A stretch of DNA of 14,922 bases. It comes from an uncultured Gammaproteobacteria bacterium. GTDB lineage: Bacteria > Patescibacteriota > Patescibacteriia > UBA2591 > UBA6264. The translations under genes and the position numbers were made by a program. Location: positions 1 through 14,922 of the forward strand of contig CAZTWG010000001.1 of the NCBI GenBank assembly GCA_964617525.1. Direction: 5' to 3'. Each line of letters starts with the position of its first letter. Within the stretch, counting starts at the first letter, position 1. Positions 12,554 through 14,922 of the stretch are shown in pieces. The notes beneath the pieces were generated by a model that was not told the DNA's origin, searched no databases, and saw nothing but the letters and a program-made list of their open reading frames with translations.

Positions 12554-14014
12554 ATGGTAAAGATAAAAAAATCTAAAAAGATATTTAAAAAACCAAAAAA
12601 AATATTAATAAAATCTAAATTGAAAAAAGCTACCGTTAAGAACAATAAGGCTAAGACGGTCAATGCAATGAAGAGAGTAAAGTTAACTGTCGGAAAAAAG
12701 AAAAAAGAAATTATTGACATTAATAGGTCGGGGTACAATCCAAAACTTTTACGTGGAATGAAAGATATTTTGCCGGAAGACCAAATAATAAGAGATTATT
12801 TAATAAGAAAATTGGTTAGATTGTCTAAAGCCTATGGTTTTCGGGAAATAATTACTCCTATTCTTGAGGAAAGGGCTTTGTTTGAAAAAACAACTGGCAT
12901 AACTACAGATATAGTAGAGAAGCAAATGTATCAATTTACTGATCGTAGCGGGAATAAGGTAGTTCTGCGACCAGAATTTACTCCTTCTATTGTGCGAGCT
13001 TATATTGAACATGGAATGTTCAATCTAACTCAACCAGTAAAACTTTTTTATCGCGGTCCAGTGTTTCGCTACGAACGTCCGCAAGCAGGTCGTTATAGAC
13101 AATTTTATCAATTTGGACTTGAGGTCTTAGGGTCAGAAAACCCTTTGATTGATGCTGAGATTATTCTATTTTCCCAAACCCTTTTCCAAGATTTAGGGCT
13201 TCAGGTTAGCGTTCAGGTCAATAGTTTAGGCTGTCCAAATTGTAGACCTATATATAGGGAAAGTTTGATAAGGTATTTGCGTTTTCGAAGTAAATCTCTT
13301 TGTAAAGATTGTCAAAAACGTTTAAATAAAAATCCTTTAAGGGTCTTAGATTGTAAGGTGCCTAAATGTCAGGAAGTCACGCGTCAGGCTCCACAATTAA
13401 TTAATTTTTTATGCCCAGACTGCAAAAATCATTTTACTAGAGTCTTAGAATGTTTAGATGAAGCAAATGTAGTTTATACTTTAAATCCTTATCTAGTTAG
13501 GGGCTTAGACTATTACACTAGAACAGTTTTTGAATTATGGCCGGTTGTCCCTGATGAAAACGGAAATTCAAACTCAAGTCAGTTAGCTCTAGGTGGAGGG
13601 GGAAGGTATGATACTTTGGTAGAGAGTTTAAGCGGACGTGAAACGCCAGCTGCTGGATTATCTTATGGGATAGAAAGAATTATAAATGAAATTAAAATTC
13701 AGAAGGCAAGAGTATCTAAAAGTCAGGGTCCACAGGTTTTCTTTGCTCAGATTGGAGAATCAGCTGCGCGTCAGGCTTTAAGAATTTTTAATGATTTACA
13801 GAGGCAAGGAATTAGGGTAGCTGAAAATTTGGCTAAAACTAGCTTAAAATCGCAAATGAAGATAGCTAATGAAATGGGAGTTAAGTTGACTTTAATTTTA
13901 GGACAGCAGGAAACTAAGGATAAAACTATTATTATCCGTGATATGAAAACAGGGAATCAGGAAAAAATTGATATTGGTAAATTAGTCAAAGAGCTTAAGA
14001 AGCGATTAAAATAA
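12554..14014 (+). CDS. hisS: Histidyl-tRNA synthetase with a ~60-aa Lys-rich N-terminal extension
   Basis: The canonical core starts at LLRGMKDILPED. LRPEFTPSIVRAY, FRYERPQAGRYRQFYQFG (motif 2), Cys-rich insertion (CPNC, CKDC, CKVPKC, CPDC), VRGLDYY, GGGGRYD (motif 3) and a C-terminal anticodon-binding domain follow. The start is uncertain: ATG 12554, or ATG 12668 (22-aa extension). Confidence 0.9.
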   Translation: MVKIKKSKKIFKKPKKILIKSKLKKATVKNNKAKTVNAMKRVKLTVGKKKKEIIDINRSGYNPKLLRGMKDILPEDQIIRDYLIRKLVRLSKAYGFREIITPILEERALFEKTTGITTDIVEKQMYQFTDRSGNKVVLRPEFTPSIVRAYIEHGMFNLTQPVKLFYRGPVFRYERPQAGRYRQFYQFGLEVLGSENPLIDAEIILFSQTLFQDLGLQVSVQVNSLGCPNCRPIYRESLIRYLRFRSKSLCKDCQKRLNKNPLRVLDCKVPKCQEVTRQAPQLINFLCPDCKNHFTRVLECLDEANVVYTLNPYLVRGLDYYTRTVFELWPVVPDENGNSNSSQLALGGGGRYDTLVESLSGRETPAAGLSYGIERIINEIKIQKARVSKSQGPQVFFAQIGESAARQALRIFNDLQRQGIRVAENLAKTSLKSQMKIANEMGVKLTLILGQQETKDKTIIIRDMKTGNQEKIDIGKLVKELKKRLK

Positions 14015-14036
14015 AAGACGTTAGAGTTAATGTCTT
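14015..14036 (+). terminator. Hairpin after hisS (weak terminator candidate)
   Basis: AAGACGTTA (14015-14023) pairs with TAATGTCTT (14028-14036). The 9-bp stem has one G-U, loop GAGT. The trailing ATACATTTTA is a poor U-tract. Confidence 0.35.
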
Positions 14037-14042
14037 ATACAT

Positions 14043-14071
14043 TTTACAAATTAGAAAAGTAATAGTAAAAT
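14043..14071 (+). promoter_or_regulatory. Candidate udp promoter with leaderless geometry
   Basis: TTTACA (14043-14048), 17 nt, TAAAAT (14066-14071), then 7 nt to ATG 14079. No Shine-Dalgarno. Confidence 0.4.
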
Positions 14072-14078
14072 ATTATAT

Positions 14079-14922
14079 ATGTCATCCCAAAAAATGAACC
14101 CTAAAGAAGGGAAACAGTATCATATTGGTTGTCGTCCTGGCGATTTGCCTAATTATATTCTTTTACCTGGTGATCCCAGAAGAGTTAAAAAAATTGCTGA
14201 GGTTTGGGACGAAAAAGAAAAGATAGCGGAGAATAGAGAATTTTTTTCTATGAAAGGAAAGTTCAAAGGAGTTAATATTTCTTGCCTTTCAACTGGGATT
14301 GGAGGTTCTTCGGCTACGATCGCCCTAGAAGAAGCTGCTCGTTTAGGCGTAGATACTTTTATTCGCGTTGGAACAGCTGGCGCGTTACAAAAAGGTATTG
14401 AATTGGGAGATTTAGTTATTTCTACTGGCGCAGTAAGATTAGATGGGGCTAGCCAAGACTATATCTTTCCAGAATATCCTGCTTTAGCTAATTATGAAGT
14501 AGTGATGGCTTTGATTGAGGCTTGTGAAAAACTAAATATCAAATATCACCTAGGTTTAACAGCCAGTCAAGACTCTTTTTATGTAGGAGAAGGACGCGAA
14601 GGTTTTGGTGGGTATTCTAACCCAGAGAATAAGAATCTTATCTCCAAATTACAAATGGCAAAAGTTAGTAATATTGAGATGGAAGTTGCTCCAATTCTAA
14701 CATTAGCTAATCTCTATAATTTACGAGCTGGAGCTGTTTGTTTAATAGTGGATAGTTTTTTAGAGGATAAGAATAAGTTTATTGTGAAAGAGGAAGATGA
14801 AGAAAGATTAGGATTAGTAGCTTCAGAAGCAATCGTTATTCTTTCTGTTTGGGATAAAATAAAAAAGGATAAAAACAAAAAGTATTTATATCCTTCTTTA
14901 TTAAATAATTTAAAAGTGGTAA
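14079..14922 (+). CDS. udp: Uridine phosphorylase (PNP/UDP family); 3' end beyond the window
   Basis: Not in the ORF track because no stop is reached. My translation is open from ATG 14079 to the window end: MSSQKMNPKEGKQYHIGCRPGDLPNYILLPGDPRRVKKIA...STGIGGSSATIALEEAARLGVDTFIRVGTAGA...VRLDGASQDY...TASQDSFY...IEMEVA. It is colinear with E. coli Udp as I remember it. An alternative start is ATG 14094. Confidence 0.85.
   Translation, partial: MSSQKMNPKEGKQYHIGCRPGDLPNYILLPGDPRRVKKIAEVWDEKEKIAENREFFSMKGKFKGVNISCLSTGIGGSSATIALEEAARLGVDTFIRVGTAGALQKGIELGDLVISTGAVRLDGASQDYIFPEYPALANYEVVMALIEACEKLNIKYHLGLTASQDSFYVGEGREGFGGYSNPENKNLISKLQMAKVSNIEMEVAPILTLANLYNLRAGAVCLIVDSFLEDKNKFIVKEEDEERLGLVASEAIVILSVWDKIKKDKNKKYLYPSLLNNLKVV

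Noticed and set aside
12466-12738. 90-aa very hydrophobic minus-strand ORF that looks like a small membrane protein
   Set aside because: It is the complement of the Lys-rich (AAA/AAG) 5' end of hisS, so its Phe/Leu/Ile richness is a mirror artefact. It also overlaps the lepB 3' end.
1125-13012. Short ORFs antisense to long genes (1125-1358, 2990-3253, 4018-4248, 4646-4930, 7873-8193, 8018-8209, 8359-8598, 9319-9657, 10250-10474, 11988-12185, 12800-13012)
   Set aside because: Each is fully nested opposite a gene with strong motif support. They have low-complexity or Ser/Leu/Ile-rich shadow-frame composition and no start context. They are treated as shadow ORFs.
1-14922. CRISPR arrays, reverse-transcriptase/DGR repeats, toxin-antitoxin pairs, restriction-modification or other defence genes, transposases, and alternative genetic code (UGA recoding)
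   Set aside because: There are no spaced direct repeats and no recognisable motifs for any of these. All long ORFs read through cleanly with the standard code and end mostly in TAA.

Overview
AT-rich, tightly packed bacterial window with TAA-dominated stops, standard code and many Lys-rich proteins. The gene style suggests a streamlined genome, possibly Patescibacteria/CPR, but that is inference only. All product calls rest on motif recognition by eye; no searches were run. Left third (1-6534): the 3' part of a tail-anchored tandem OB-fold protein, then a secreted mosaic protein. On the minus strand follow tRNA-His(GTG), tRNA-Arg(TCT) and a Xer-type tyrosine recombinase packed 13 nt apart. 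Next comes a decayed glycosylation islet: a 5'-truncated, doubly frameshifted GT4 relic, an intact NUDIX hydrolase and a GT2 relic with an internal deletion. A minus-strand ndk closes this part. Right two thirds (6755-14922): one co-directional housekeeping string, rpsO, NYN/LabA-like nuclease, pnp, UXS-like SDR, TM-less GT2, DUF2304-like membrane protein, lepB, hisS and udp (3' end off window). I found no CRISPR array, transposase, toxin-antitoxin pair, reverse transcriptase or recognisable defence system. The best candidates for undescribed biology are (i) the NYN nuclease wedged into the conserved rpsO-pnp unit, and (ii) the UXS-like (catalytic Glu replaced by Val) / TM-less GT2 / DUF2304 triad, a possible minimal lipid-linked pentose module. 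Further candidates are (iii) the recombinase-adjacent gene-decay islet and (iv) the OB-fold / pilin-like surface protein pair with an iterated GGTCAGTT octamer between them. All four are hypotheses, not demonstrations.
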